The notes: generated by a model from the sequence alone, not told the origin. Shown: positions 13,432 through 24,549, counted from the first letter of the whole stretch. The stretch: 63,994 bases of DNA, filler included, from Globobulimina sp. (GCA_003354225.1; 9 parts of 9 records of this genome joined end to end with filler, not necessarily neighbours in it), one strand, 5' to 3'. Program-made: numbers and translations.

Positions 13432-13916
13432 CAACATGCTTTATTATGTTATTTTTATTGTATATGTTATATATAATCCAATGTTTTTTTATTTTATTTT
13501 GTAGTGTGACTTGGTTTTATATTGTATGCGCTCACGCATTGATTTGTGAATTGTGATTAATATTAAAAACTCATATTCTATTTAGAAATATTTGTCTGTT
13601 AACTCGGTTTGTATACACATCACTTTCCATAATTACTTTAGAATAGGACGTAGAAAACATTTCGTTTTTAAAAAACGAACCACTTACAACTATAATTTAT
13701 TAGGTACTCGATCATTATTAATCATCATCAATTTTGATGAAACGAAAACAAGTTTATCATCTTGAATTGATAACGATCATTCACTAAAATCAGTAAACTC
13801 TGCTCTTGTTATTTTCCCATCAAATAAAGCTAAACAATTTGACGTATTTGGGGAACTGCTATGAAACAGCTGCAGAAAGTAAGCATAATATAAATTATGG
13901 AATAAGCACAAAAGTA

Positions 13917-14228
13917 TTACCACATTTGAGAAATTTTAAATTCATATTTAGCAAAAGCCGGCGTTACAATACGTTTTGTTTGCGGGAAGAATTGTTTCCT
14001 AACAATCTTCGCATCATATTTTGGAATATCGTATTGATTTAACAATATCTCGCCCCCTGGAACATGCGATGGAAGAATACATTTTGATTTGTTTTCTTCT
14101 AATTTGGCCATATCGCGGAATAATGGTAAATGGCTCACTTGATTGTATTGCATTGGTGATACACAAAAACGAGTGCGTGGTTTCAACGAAAATGAAGCAT
14201 TTAATACTGTGTCATGATCAGATGACAA
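13917..14228 (-). CDS. hypothetical protein, probably the first exon of a spliced or decayed gene
   Basis: 103-aa ATG ORF with protein-like composition; no family recognised. Confidence 0.3.
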   Translation of the reverse strand: MSSDHDTVLNASFSLKPRTRFCVSPMQYNQVSHLPLFRDMAKLEENKSKCILPSHVPGGEILLNQYDIPKYDAKIVRKQFFPQTKRIVTPAFAKYEFKISQMW

Positions 14229-14255
14229 TTCATTCGAATTAGTTTTTTAATTATT

Positions 14256-14355
14256 NNNNNNNNNNNNNNNNNNNNNNNNNNNNNNNNNNNNNNNNNNNNT
14301 TAATTAATTAANNNNNNNNNNNNNNNNNNNNNNNNNNNNNNNNNNNNNNNNNNNN
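14256..14355. other. artificial contig spacer
   Basis: 44 N + TTAATTAATTAA + 44 N. Confidence 0.99.
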
Positions 14356-14357
14356 AA

Positions 14358-14420
14358 TGTTACGTGACAAAATTAGAAATAGTGTTACGTGACAGAAATA
14401 GGAATATTGTCACGTGACAA
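14358..14420. repeat. ~25-bp tandem repeat with a TGT(T/C)ACGTGACA core
   Basis: tgttacgtgacaaaattagaaatag / tgttacgtgacagaaataggaatat / tgtcacgtgaca at the contig start. Confidence 0.75.
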
Positions 14421-14461
14421 GTGTAACGTCACCATGTTACATAACACTTCATGCTGCCATG

Positions 14462-14526
14462 TTGCAATTAAGGATCCCTAGACATGCGCCCACTACGCTC
14501 CTTTAAACTAGTCTATTGCAATTAAG
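14462..14526 (+). repeat. left copy of a 65-bp inverted repeat (partner at 16015..16079)
   Basis: Reverse complement matches 16015..16079 with 4 mismatches. Confidence 0.92.
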
Positions 14527-14578
14527 GATGGCCTAGGTCCTAGGTCCAATTGTTATTGCGCAATATAAGAACAACCCC

Positions 14579-14677
14579 ATATGGGTGGAAGTTTCTGCCA
14601 TTCTCCACGAAAAGCTGTTTTTAAAAAACTTTTATTTTGCAGATCTCGTGGAGCATGGCAGAAACTTCCACCCATAT
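14579..14677. mobile_element. 99-bp hairpin / MITE-like element with 32-bp arms
   Basis: ATATGGGTGGAAGTTTCTGCCATTCTCCACGA (14579..14610) pairs with 14646..14677 with one mismatch. Confidence 0.7.
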
Positions 14678-14877
14678 TTGGAAGGAGTGAAGAAAAGTAC
14701 AACAGGTTCTTTAGAAATGTTATTTTTCTAAATTTAGAATAGATGTCGTCTATGAGGTGAGAACCATGATATTAAGATTTTCTTGAAGTGAGCTAGTCAT
14801 CGATGTAATGTCATAATTAAAACTTGAAGTGTATGATCGATGGGATATTAACTATATTGATTGCGTAAATATAAATA

Positions 14878-15933
14878 TTACTGAAATTTCAGACCCGTAC
14901 AATAATTGACGATACGCTGAAATTCCGTAAGTGTTTCATTTGTAATAAAAAAGTGAGGGTAGTTTTTCTCGATTTCAATCCATTTCTTGTTTTGCATTTC
15001 ATCATTCATTGTACTGTATTTTTGCTTATCAGATTTATTTTTTTGTTTCCAATGTTTTGCATTCAATGAAACATTAAATCTGCGAAAAAAATCAATAAAT
15101 TTATTTATTGGATCTGTTTCCACATTAAATATTAACAAGTTATGCATTAACTGATTTTGTTTAAAATATTCCAATACATTACAAATATACAAATACCAAT
15201 TATTTTTATATATTTTTAGTATATCAATATCTGTCAAATATCCTCTTTCTAATTTTTTAGTTTTATTATTTTCTTTAATAAATTCATTTATTTTGGTTTT
15301 ATATTCAGTCCAACGATGTTGTTTAAAATAAGGGGAACGATGTAAATATTTTGATTTTAACCAATTATTTATGTCTCTTATATTTAGTATAAATTTTGCA
15401 TTTCCATATTGTTTCGCCAATATTTTGGGCCATGTTTTCATCCATTTATTATATTCATGATTGAGCATCATATCTTTTTTCTGGATGACAGTGCGTTTAA
15501 AGAGGTAATACTCGCCGGCTAATTCAACGCCAAAATCAGAATAAAATTGAAAATAATTTGTGCATTCATCAGTAAATATAGTTTTATTTTTTTTATAATT
15601 GTCATACATTTTTTGTTTTAAATAAAAATATCCAACAAATGTATCCGATGCGTGAGATGGATACCAGGTACATACCACATTGTGAATGGATGGAATACCA
15701 TTTGATACCATAAAATTATATAACGATGTTGTTCCGCATTTATTGAAACCTATTTGAAATATTAAGAATGGAAAATTGCGTTTCGTAAATCCGATAAATG
15801 TTGATTTCAATGGTGATGGAAGGTATGCCATATCCATCGAACAATAAATTATGAATTGCAAAACAATGCATAAACATATCAATATCAAACATATTTTATA
15901 AGATGAGGCATTTGACTTTAGCCTGCATGACAT
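14878..15933 (-). CDS. type II membrane sulfotransferase (P-loop sulfotransferase superfamily)
   Basis: N-terminal TM segment, PAPS-binding loop IFQIGFNKCGTTSL, and AKFILNIRDINNWLKS. Likely start ATG at 15933. No intron. Confidence 0.82.
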   Translation of the reverse strand: MSCRLKSNASSYKICLILICLCIVLQFIIYCSMDMAYLPSPLKSTFIGFTKRNFPFLIFQIGFNKCGTTSLYNFMVSNGIPSIHNVVCTWYPSHASDTFVGYFYLKQKMYDNYKKNKTIFTDECTNYFQFYSDFGVELAGEYYLFKRTVIQKKDMMLNHEYNKWMKTWPKILAKQYGNAKFILNIRDINNWLKSKYLHRSPYFKQHRWTEYKTKINEFIKENNKTKKLERGYLTDIDILKIYKNNWYLYICNVLEYFKQNQLMHNLLIFNVETDPINKFIDFFRRFNVSLNAKHWKQKNKSDKQKYSTMNDEMQNKKWIEIEKNYPHFFITNETLTEFQRIVNYCTGLKFQ

Positions 15934-16014
15934 TATTAAATCAAAGTTTTCTTGCCAGCGAAAACAAAATATATAATAATTCGGTGTACTTATTTTGCGC
16001 AATATAAATTGGGA

Positions 16015-16079
16015 CTTAATTGCAATAGACCAGTTTAAAGGAGTGTAGTGGTCGCATGTCTAGGTATCCTTAATTGCAA
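16015..16079 (-). repeat. right copy of the 65-bp inverted repeat
   Basis: cttaattgcaatagaccagtttaaaggagtgtagtggtcgcatgtctaggtatccttaattgcaa is the reverse complement of 14462..14526 with 4 mismatches. Confidence 0.92.
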
Positions 16080-16230
16080 TGTCATGGTACATAGGTCCTA
16101 GGTCGCAATTTATATTGCCCCAAATCGGAAATACATAATTTGTGCAAAAGCATTTTTTAATAAAATTTATATATATTATTGTTTTAATTTAAGTTTTATA
16201 ACTTTTATGTTACAATTTTAGGAGCTGTGT

Positions 16231-17319
16231 TCATTCATCTGTAAGTGTAGTCTGTGTGGATGAATCATCATCAGTCCAACTTTCACCATGCTCCACAGAC
16301 AAATATGATTCTTCTGTATCTGTAGCTCGTTTTTGGTTTCCAAGCTTCGAATTCCGACGGTGTTTTCTACAGAAAAATGCTACAATCATTATGACCACCA
16401 TGGCAATACCAGTTATCAAAAACATTAATGCTAAGTCCACTTTGAGAGACCATGTCTTTCCAGACTCACCAACAGGAACCTCTTGTAAATCAGATATACA
16501 ATAATAATTTTCATAGATGCATCCATGTGATATACAACCATCCGCATTATCATCAAATGCTCTGCAACCTTTTGGTATGTACAATATGCAATCAATACAG
16601 CTCAAAAACAATGAAGAAATTACATACTTATACAAGCATTCAATACTTTTGAACATTTGAATTGATCTAATTTCATAACTGGCGAGACAGTCCATTCAGA
16701 TGTGTTACAATCACTATCTTGTAAACATTCTATAAATTAAATATTGTAAACAAATTAAATATTATGTTATCTTATTTGACGATATGTGCTGTATAATGTA
16801 TTACATACGATAGCAGATATTGCCATTATCCAATTTGCAGCTGTTCCCTTTGCTTTTGCAGGCTGCCGCGGTGTATGCATTGCAAGATTCACATAGACCT
16901 CCATTTGTCCAACAATTGTAACCAACGGGGCACTCAGTATTAACATTACATTCATGCGGTGTGCATCCCCAATAATTAGTCTCCTGCAGTCTGCCTTTGG
17001 TGAGCCAGGATTGCTGTGCTGCGCGGACCGAGTTATTGAGAATTCCAACAGAGTCTATACTGTGGCGATGGCTGTCTAAATAACACATCGCTGCGGCAGA
17101 TTCAACAGGTGATGGGACAACATTTTGTGTGGCAGTGGCTTGTGTAGGCACTTGAGATGGTGCATTCATTTGAGATAATTGAGAAGTTGGTCCATTTGCA
17201 AATTGAGAAATGTTTTGAGATTGAACAGGCATTTCAAGACGAGGCACAATTGACTGAATTGAGACGTACAAATGTGATAAAGATAGTTTATTTATTTCTA
17301 TTTTTATGTTAATTGTCAT
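16231..17319 (-). CDS. cysteine-rich single-pass membrane protein (three exons; start codon uncertain)
   Basis: Introns 16730..16808 and 16569..16627 join the Cys-rich repeats (CNVNTEC, CLQDSDC, CRAFDDNADGC) in frame to a TM helix LALMFLITGIAMVVIMIVAFFC followed by RKHRR. Confidence 0.65.
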
Positions 17320-17488
17320 AATCGATGAGTGTTACTTCGATAAAACAAGCCATAATTCATTGCGCTATAATTTATTGATCGTATTTGATTATTTTGAATT
17401 GAATCGTTTCTCCCACAAAACAAAAATTGTTAGATTCGGTCATCATAAATAGAATAATGGTGAGGAGTATGGTAGAAAAGAATAGCTA

Positions 17489-17561
17489 GCCCGCTTAGCT
17501 CAGACGGCAGAGCGTTGGCCTCTTAAGCCAATGGTCGTGGGTTCGATCCCCACAGCGGGTG
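17489..17561 (+). tRNA. trnK: tRNA-Lys (CTT)
   Basis: Complete cloverleaf: GCCCGCT/AGCGGGT acceptor stem, TTGGC-CTCTTAA-GCCAA anticodon arm, GTGGG-TTCGATC-CCCAC T arm. Confidence 0.96.
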
Positions 17562-17591
17562 TCAATGAAGAATTTAATTGAATTAAATTAT

Positions 17592-17665
17592 GCCCACTTG
17601 GTCTAGTTGGTTATGACATCTGCTCCACACGCAGAGGGTCGCGAGTTCGAGTCTCGCAGTGGGTA
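17592..17665 (+). tRNA. trnV: tRNA-Val (CAC), with C at position 33
   Basis: GCCCACT/AGTGGGT acceptor stem, TCTGC-TCCACAC-GCAGA anticodon arm, GCGAG-TTCGAGT-CTCGC T arm, followed by a T-run Pol III terminator. Confidence 0.92.
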
Positions 17666-17702
17666 CTTTTTTGTTTTTAACAACTCCTCGTTTTTTATTT
17701 AT

Positions 17703-18385
17703 ATGGCAAAACGTAGATTATGTCAGGAATGGAGAGATGTATTGGTAAAGCCTTCTTCGAATGTACTTCTTTATCCCATTGGATTGATGTTTGGAATTGA
17801 TCAGAAAAAAGGAAGAGAAATACTCGGCTTTAAAAGTAGAAATGAAATTGAATTGATATTCAATGGTTATTTTAGAACTCATTCGTCTCATTATTTTAGA
17901 ACTAATGATATTGTCAAACTATGTGCTAATTTCTATGATAATAGCAGTCATTGGAAAACATTGAGATCCTTTGTAGTATCGAATGATATAAATATTTGTA
18001 AGTGGAGGGCACAAATAAAAGGTCCAGAGGGTACATGCTATGAAGGTGGGATATTTGTAGTGGATATAGAATGTCCTCAGGATTATCCATTTAAACCTCC
18101 ACAAATTAGATTTAAATTGTAACAAAAATCTATCATAGCAATATTAATTATAATAGCAACGGTGGAATCTGTTCAAGATATTTTCTCGTTTATGATTGGT
18201 CTCCAGCATTGAAGTTGAAAAATGTAATGTCGATCATCGTTTCTTTGTTGTATATGCCAAATACAGAGCGAGACATTCCTTTGATGCCAGATATTGCAAA
18301 ATTATACAGATCAAATAGAAAAGAACATGATAAAATAGCTGTGGAATGGACCCAAAAATATGCTCAAATGAAGTTGTGTCATTAA
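17703..18385 (+). pseudogene. ubiquitin-conjugating enzyme E2 (UBC4/5-like) with an insertion and one frameshift near 18115
   Basis: MAKRRLCQE..., WRAQIKGPEGTCYEGGIF, DYPFKPPQIRF, then in another frame TKIYHSNIN..GGIC (catalytic Cys)..WSPAL..PLMPDIA..WTQKYA. The frameshift may be a consensus error. Confidence 0.85.
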
Positions 18386-18517
18386 ACTTACACTAAATTA
18401 CGGATTCGCATTAATTCAAATTTCAAATGGAACATTTCATGTTTGCTTTTCACTTTACTCACACTCAAAAACTTCACTTTACTCACACTCAGCATCTTAC
18501 ATCGGTACCTTTACATC

Positions 18518-18561
18518 ACCCACTTGGTCGTTGGTGGCGATTTCGAATCTCGCAGTGGGTA
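18518..18561 (+). pseudogene. internally deleted tRNA-Val copy (acceptor stem and T arm only)
   Basis: ACCCACTTGGTC...GCGATTTCGAATCTCGCAGTGGGTA matches both ends of 17592..17665; the anticodon arm is absent. Confidence 0.8.
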
Positions 18562-18594
18562 CATTTTTATTTCTGAAAGCAAGCAGTTTACATA

Positions 18595-19329
18595 TCACAT
18601 AATTACACAGTCTCTTTTTGGATTCAAAGTACATTCCATCCAATCTAATCCAAAGTAAATATTGTCCGAACCAAAAACAGTTGAAATTTCGACAATGCAA
18701 AAGTTTCTCTCTCCAATTTTCCCAATCATTCCTTCGCACGGAACAAAATCCACAATCAATTGACAGATTTCATTATTTATTTCAATAGCATATTGTTTCA
18801 TAATTATTCCATATATTACCACTTCATAATTATCGAATGGATACTGTTTTTTTGTAATACTAACTGGATATTCACTCAATGATGCAATGTCAAATAATTT
18901 GCTAATAATTTCATCAACAAACATACAGTCAATTAAATCAATTTTATTTGCATATATCAATAACGGCAATTTTTGCTGTAATTCCGGTTCATTGAAAATT
19001 AATGAATGAAATTCTTTTTTGCATTCAACAAATCTATCTCTATCATGTGAGTCGATGACCCAAATTAAGCCAGATGTATTCATAAAGTAATGTCTCCAAA
19101 GTGGTCTAAGTTTATCTTGTCCAGAAGTGTCAAATGTAGTGAATGAAAATGTTTTGTATGCAACCGTTTCCACTTGAAATCCTATAGTTGCAATTGTAGA
19201 AACAGCTTCACCCAATTTTATTCGATATAATAAGCTTGTTTTGCCAGCTCCATCCAAACCCACCATTAATATTCTATGATCGTTTTCAGTGCTTAGTACC
19301 CGTTGAGCAGTGCTCGCTGCCTCACCCAT
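18595..19329 (-). CDS. divergent Arf-family GTPase with an insertion and a C-terminal CaaX box
   Basis: MG start, [49 protein letters not shown]; ends in CVIM. Confidence 0.9.
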   Translation of the reverse strand: MGEAASTAQRVLSTENDHRILMVGLDGAGKTSLLYRIKLGEAVSTIATIGFQVETVAYKTFSFTTFDTSGQDKLRPLWRHYFMNTSGLIWVIDSHDRDRFVECKKEFHSLIFNEPELQQKLPLLIYANKIDLIDCMFVDEIISKLFDIASLSEYPVSITKKQYPFDNYEVVIYGIIMKQYAIEINNEICQLIVDFVPCEGMIGKIGERNFCIVEISTVFGSDNIYFGLDWMECTLNPKRDCVIM

Positions 19330-20127
19330 CATTAAGTCAAGTAACAAAAACTCAAAACTAATAGACTTTTTTTTTGAATTAAATGTAGACATAAAAAATA
19401 TTATAAATATAATACTCAATTATTAACAATTCTTATTTGAAAGAGGTTCCTTGCATTCACACAGAAATAAAAGGTAACAGGACAGGACACGACTGTTGTA
19501 ATACTCACATAATGTGAAATATAAAAGGAACACACGCATTGAAAAATAAAATAAAACAAAACATACTAAGAAAATAGTATGAAAAAAATATAACAACAGA
19601 ACTGTATTTGGATGCATGAACAAAAAATTAAAAGAAAAAAATAGCGATAAACATTAATGATTTTGTAACCAAACAAAATCACAATTACAACAAAAACATG
19701 AAAAAAAAATATTTCCCAAACATGCAAAAAGCAGTTTATAACGCTTAACAGCACACAGATTGAATTAAAAAACAAAAACAAACATTGGAATGGATGAGCA
19801 TTAATTTACCAAAACTCGCTGAAAAATATGAAATCATTGAAAAAAAAGATCATACGGAGGGGAGTAATATTTAATTATTTATATTGATAATGTTTTTAAT
19901 AAATCCGTTGAATGTTATTCGGTGGTTATGTAATTTGCATTTTTTGCTTTTGGAATACGGTGGAAAATATAAACAAAAACACAACAAAAATGTATATACC
20001 ATGAATTAGAATAAATTCACAGTGCAACACAACAAAAGTAAAAAAAAATAATAAACAAAAGGACGTACAATTAAATAAATAAAAAAACAAAAAAATAGTA
20101 TTTAATATACATACTGCTAAAATTTGC

Positions 20128-21420
20128 TTACATGTAAACAAATCCATCATCGTCAGGATACTGCACATAATTAACATTAACCGATTCACATAAAATATCA
20201 TTTTGTGCCGATATCTCAGCTGTTTTAAAATTTGAGCTGAATAACGATGGAATATCTGGTTTATTTTCATCATTTTCATCATTTTCTGCATTCTCAGCCT
20301 CAGAAATATCATCAAAATTGCAATCAAAGCCAAACGCAAACTGTAGTGGCGGCGCCATATTATTTTCTGAATACATAACTGATATATTTTGAATGTCATT
20401 AATATCTCGCAACTGTTTGTGTGACACAAATAATTCATCACAGTGTGTTACATCTATTGCAGTCAATGGATGTGTGTTATAGGTCTTATTAAAATAAATA
20501 ATAGCATCAAATATGGCATTACTAACACCTGTTTCTGACAAATTCAGTGTCACTAAATTTGGAAATTTATCTGCAATCAAATCGAACAACAACACATAAT
20601 TTAAAGTACCGCCAATAAACATATTTTGCGAGAAATTAAGCGTAGAGATATTGCTAAATTGTATACATTTTTTATTGTTTTTCATGGCTTTTAATATGTG
20701 CATAAAATCATTGTTATCCAATGAATTATCACTTAAATTAATATCGCATATTGTATTATATACAGAGGCAAAATCGCTATATTGTAATATATGACAGATA
20801 TATTTTAATCTGTCCAATTCCACAAATTGCCGGAACTCTGATATTGATTCACATTCATACTCGGAATCTATGTCAAACCTCTCCAACATTAACATTTGTG
20901 GCTTTATAAACGACTCAAAATTCAAATGTTTCATCTCAAATATAAAATGCATGGATTTATTGATTTTATCTAAATGGATAACATTGTACTTTGCTTGCAT
21001 TAATTGGGTGATATTCATCGATTTGATGGTGTGGATAAAATCAATTTTATGGCTTTGATAAATTGTACATGATTGTATATGGATTTAATGCAAATATGAG
21101 CGTGGATTGTTTTATTGATGGCGGCAATGCGATGTTGTTCGTAGGGCAATAAGTATGTGGATATACTGTGTTTAATAAATAATGTCTTGTGTTCTTTTTG
21201 TATGCTACAGTCAGTCACCGGTATTTGCGTGATTTTGCTCAATTGTTTGAGGCATTGTTGATAGACATCATCTGATTTGCAACCAAATTGAAGGTTGAGA
21301 TGGTTGATGGATATTATATGGTATTCGCCGCTGTGACGTAGTGAGATTTTAAAGTCATTCCGTAGTGGATATGAATACAAAGGTTGTAGTTTCTGTATCT
21401 TCCGTATACTTCATCTTCGA
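20128..21420 (-). CDS. leucine-rich repeat protein (RNI-like), 5'-partial, probable frameshift near 21060-21090
   Basis: LRR motifs INLSDNSL, LNFSQNMFI, LVTLNLSETGV, AIDVTHC. ORF 21015..21380 overlaps in another frame and runs towards the contig end. Confidence 0.65.
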
Positions 21421-21520
21421 NNNNNNNNNNNNNNNNNNNNNNNNNNNNNNNNNNNNNNNNNNNNTTAATTAATTAANNNNNNNNNNNNNNNNNNNNNNNN
21501 NNNNNNNNNNNNNNNNNNNN
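21421..21520. other. artificial contig spacer
   Basis: 44 N + TTAATTAATTAA + 44 N. Confidence 0.99.
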
Positions 21521-22220
21521 TTGATTGTAATAAATATTTTGATTGATAATCTGTTGTATTTTGAGATTTGTATCCAATTTGTATTGCGGGTATTGAATGT
21601 TGCGAAAATATTTCATTTCATTGTATTTGTGGTTCAAAGTTAGAAATATTTGCCACTGATTACTTCTTGACAGTGTATCCAATGTGCATCAGTTGAAGCT
21701 GACATGGTGTTTTCTAAATTATTAAATATGTGCAATGAGATTTTTTTTATTGAGTTGAAATAATCGGAATGTAAATCAATCGGAATTCGGAATGTAATTG
21801 AAAAAATAAAAAAAGCGCATGCAGTTGAAAAAGCAAAAAATGCTTTCAAATGAGGCGTCTTTTCTCGATTTGCGTCCTGTATCTAATGAACTTTTTGCCT
21901 CTCTTTCCTGGCGTAATTGCATTTGGATTGAGACCCATTCTTCTTCTTTTTTCTATTTGCTCTTTAAATAACCCATCCACTATTTGACCCTCAGATCTAT
22001 TCTTTGGTTTGCTTCTTGCAATAAATCGCTCAGTATATGTGTATGCACTCAGCGGATGTATTTCTTCATTGAATGTTCGAATCGAATGTTCGTGTATTAT
22101 GGACTAGTTTTGCTGTGTATTTGTTGTAAACAAATAAAATTAAAGCAAATGCGCTAAGTTATATATAATATTATAAAAATATTTGAATGCGAGCAAGTTA
22201 TATAAGTATAAAATCAAATC

Positions 22221-24549
22221 CTAAACAGCACTCGTAAATTGTGTAACATGTAAATGAGCCGGAGCAGCCAACACAACTTCGCCAACATCTTTAGCCTCAA
22301 TAACATCTTCGTACGTAAAATGCTTCACTAAATTATCTGCTTTGGCTATCAATTTGTGTGATTTAATATTAATATGTCGCAAATGCACTGTTTTATCCAG
22401 TTTCTTATATTTCTCTGCTATAATATTCAATGTCTGCATGGCAGAGTAATCATAAATATTTGCATCTTTTAAGTGTATTTCAACAATATTCGGATCTGTG
22501 CCAGGCGTAAACTGTGCCGATAATATACCACAATTACCAAAAAACAATGGTCCATCCAAATGGTACACTGCCATTCGATTGCACCCATTCCTTTTCTTCA
22601 TAACTTTCAATTTTTGTACCTCATAATCTTCCTCCACTCCATCAGCCCTCTTCGCCTTCGTACCTGCCAATAAATTCCTTAATGATGGATTTGAAGATGA
22701 TTTGAGATTATGTATGTCCACAATGCGAATATATTCTTTCTCGATTTTCAAATCAAAGCCAGACGTCCACGTATATAACAACGCGGAAAATAGTATTCCT
22801 GATATCACAGCATATGCTAAATTTGTAACTAATGTCATAACAGTTACTAGCACAATGACAAAGGCGTCACCTCTGTTGATTTTATTCTGTGCTGGAAACC
22901 TTTTGCGTGCTGCCGCAGGACACATGGACATGAATATGATTACTAGCGAATGCCACTCGAATGTATGATACACCACAACGCACATAACACCCACTAAAGC
23001 GGACGCAGGGATTGCTTCCAATGCAGGCGAGGCCGCTAATATTATTATCAATACCAAGAGTGAGGCAATGCAGCCACTAATACGGAATTTGCCATTGGAG
23101 CCAGTATGGCAGTTAATCATTGACAGGCCGATGGTGGCGTGGCCGCCCATTGTACCTAAAATACCACCGATGATGTTTGCGCTGCCCATGGCCACCAACT
23201 GCTGTTTGGTTTGGCGCAATAATTGTCGTGTTTTACTATAAAGTGCATATGGAAAACATCAATTTAATACTTATTGTATGTAAATTAAATATAGACAGAG
23301 GTACAGTATACAACAGCACTGATTTGATATGAGCAGAAATGAAGGATAACATGAACCATTTTTGAGAGTTTGCAGATGAAATAAATATATAAAATAAATA
23401 TTAACAATTTCCGATATCGATTATAATAAAATTATTCAAAATGGTTAATGTTTCACTTCATTTGTTTGCATATTATGCAGTTGCAATCGGTGTTGGTGTG
23501 TAAAAATACCTTAATTCAGCAACAACATCAATGGTCAATAAATCTTCTGTAATACTGACCAATGTAATTAATATCGAAGGAGTTATAATTTTATTAAAAG
23601 TGGCGGCATCCAGTTTGGGTAACTCATACAATGAATTATTCCATATTGGTTTCGGTATTCCACCCGATATCTCACCTAAATCACCAATCAATGGCGTCGA
23701 ATGTCCGACTGCTAAACGAATAATTACATATTCCACAGCAGTACACATACCAATGCCTGCTAACGACGACGGGATAATACTTGTCAGTTTCGGTAAGAAC
23801 TCAACAATACAAAAAGTTAAAAACGTTAAAAAAATGACCCATAACACTTCTGCGATGGAATGGGTATGCCCAAATATGTGAAACTGCGACATTCCTATAA
23901 TAATTGCCAAGCCATTGACAAATCCAATCATAACAGTTTCAGGTATTAATCGACCTAATTTTGACACATTGCAAAGTGCCAAAAAAACAATCAATACGCC
24001 AGCTAATATGATTATGAATGGTAAGTAATTGAGACCGATATTATCATCCAACATAAAAGCTGTTAACACAGCACCAATACCGCCCGTTGCACCCGATATC
24101 ATTCCAGGGCGACCTCCAAAAAAAGACACAATGCCACCAATCAGCCATGCACTGTGCAGGCCGATTATGGGCGGAACACCGGCCAATAAGGCAAAGGCAA
24201 TGGATTCTGGCACTTGTGCAAAAGCTACAATAAAACCGGATATTATTTCATTTAAAAGATGTTTCCAATTTGTTCGATATACATTTGGATGATAACATGC
24301 TCGCAATCCGTGGAATGTATAGGATGTTAAGGAGTTACTGCGGCTGCGAGGGCTGTCATCCTCAGTGTCGTCATACGTGTAATCGTCCATATCAGTGTCA
24401 GCATCGTCCAATAATATTCCTTTTTTGGTAACATTTTGCAGGTTTGGGTAATTGTGGTGGTCATCGCTGTCGTCATTTTTATCAATTTGTATGTGTTGCA
24501 TTGCCACGCCAGCGGTGTTTAATGGTGCTTTTTCTTCACCATTTTCCAT
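22221..24549 (-). CDS. sulP: SulP/SLC26 anion transporter with a STAS domain
   Basis: AQVPESIAFALLAGVPPIIGL, FGGRPGMISGATG, GFVNGLAIII, GGHATIGLSMIN, and STAS YHLDGPLFFG. Intron about 23236..23509. Confidence 0.92.

Noticed and set aside
18449-18491. 19-bp direct repeat TTCACTTTACTCACACTCA, two copies
   Set aside because: A simple local duplication with no further copies seen.
19423-20120. Hydrophobic F/L/I-rich ORFs as small membrane proteins
   Set aside because: Translations of T-rich 3' UTR or intergenic sequence.
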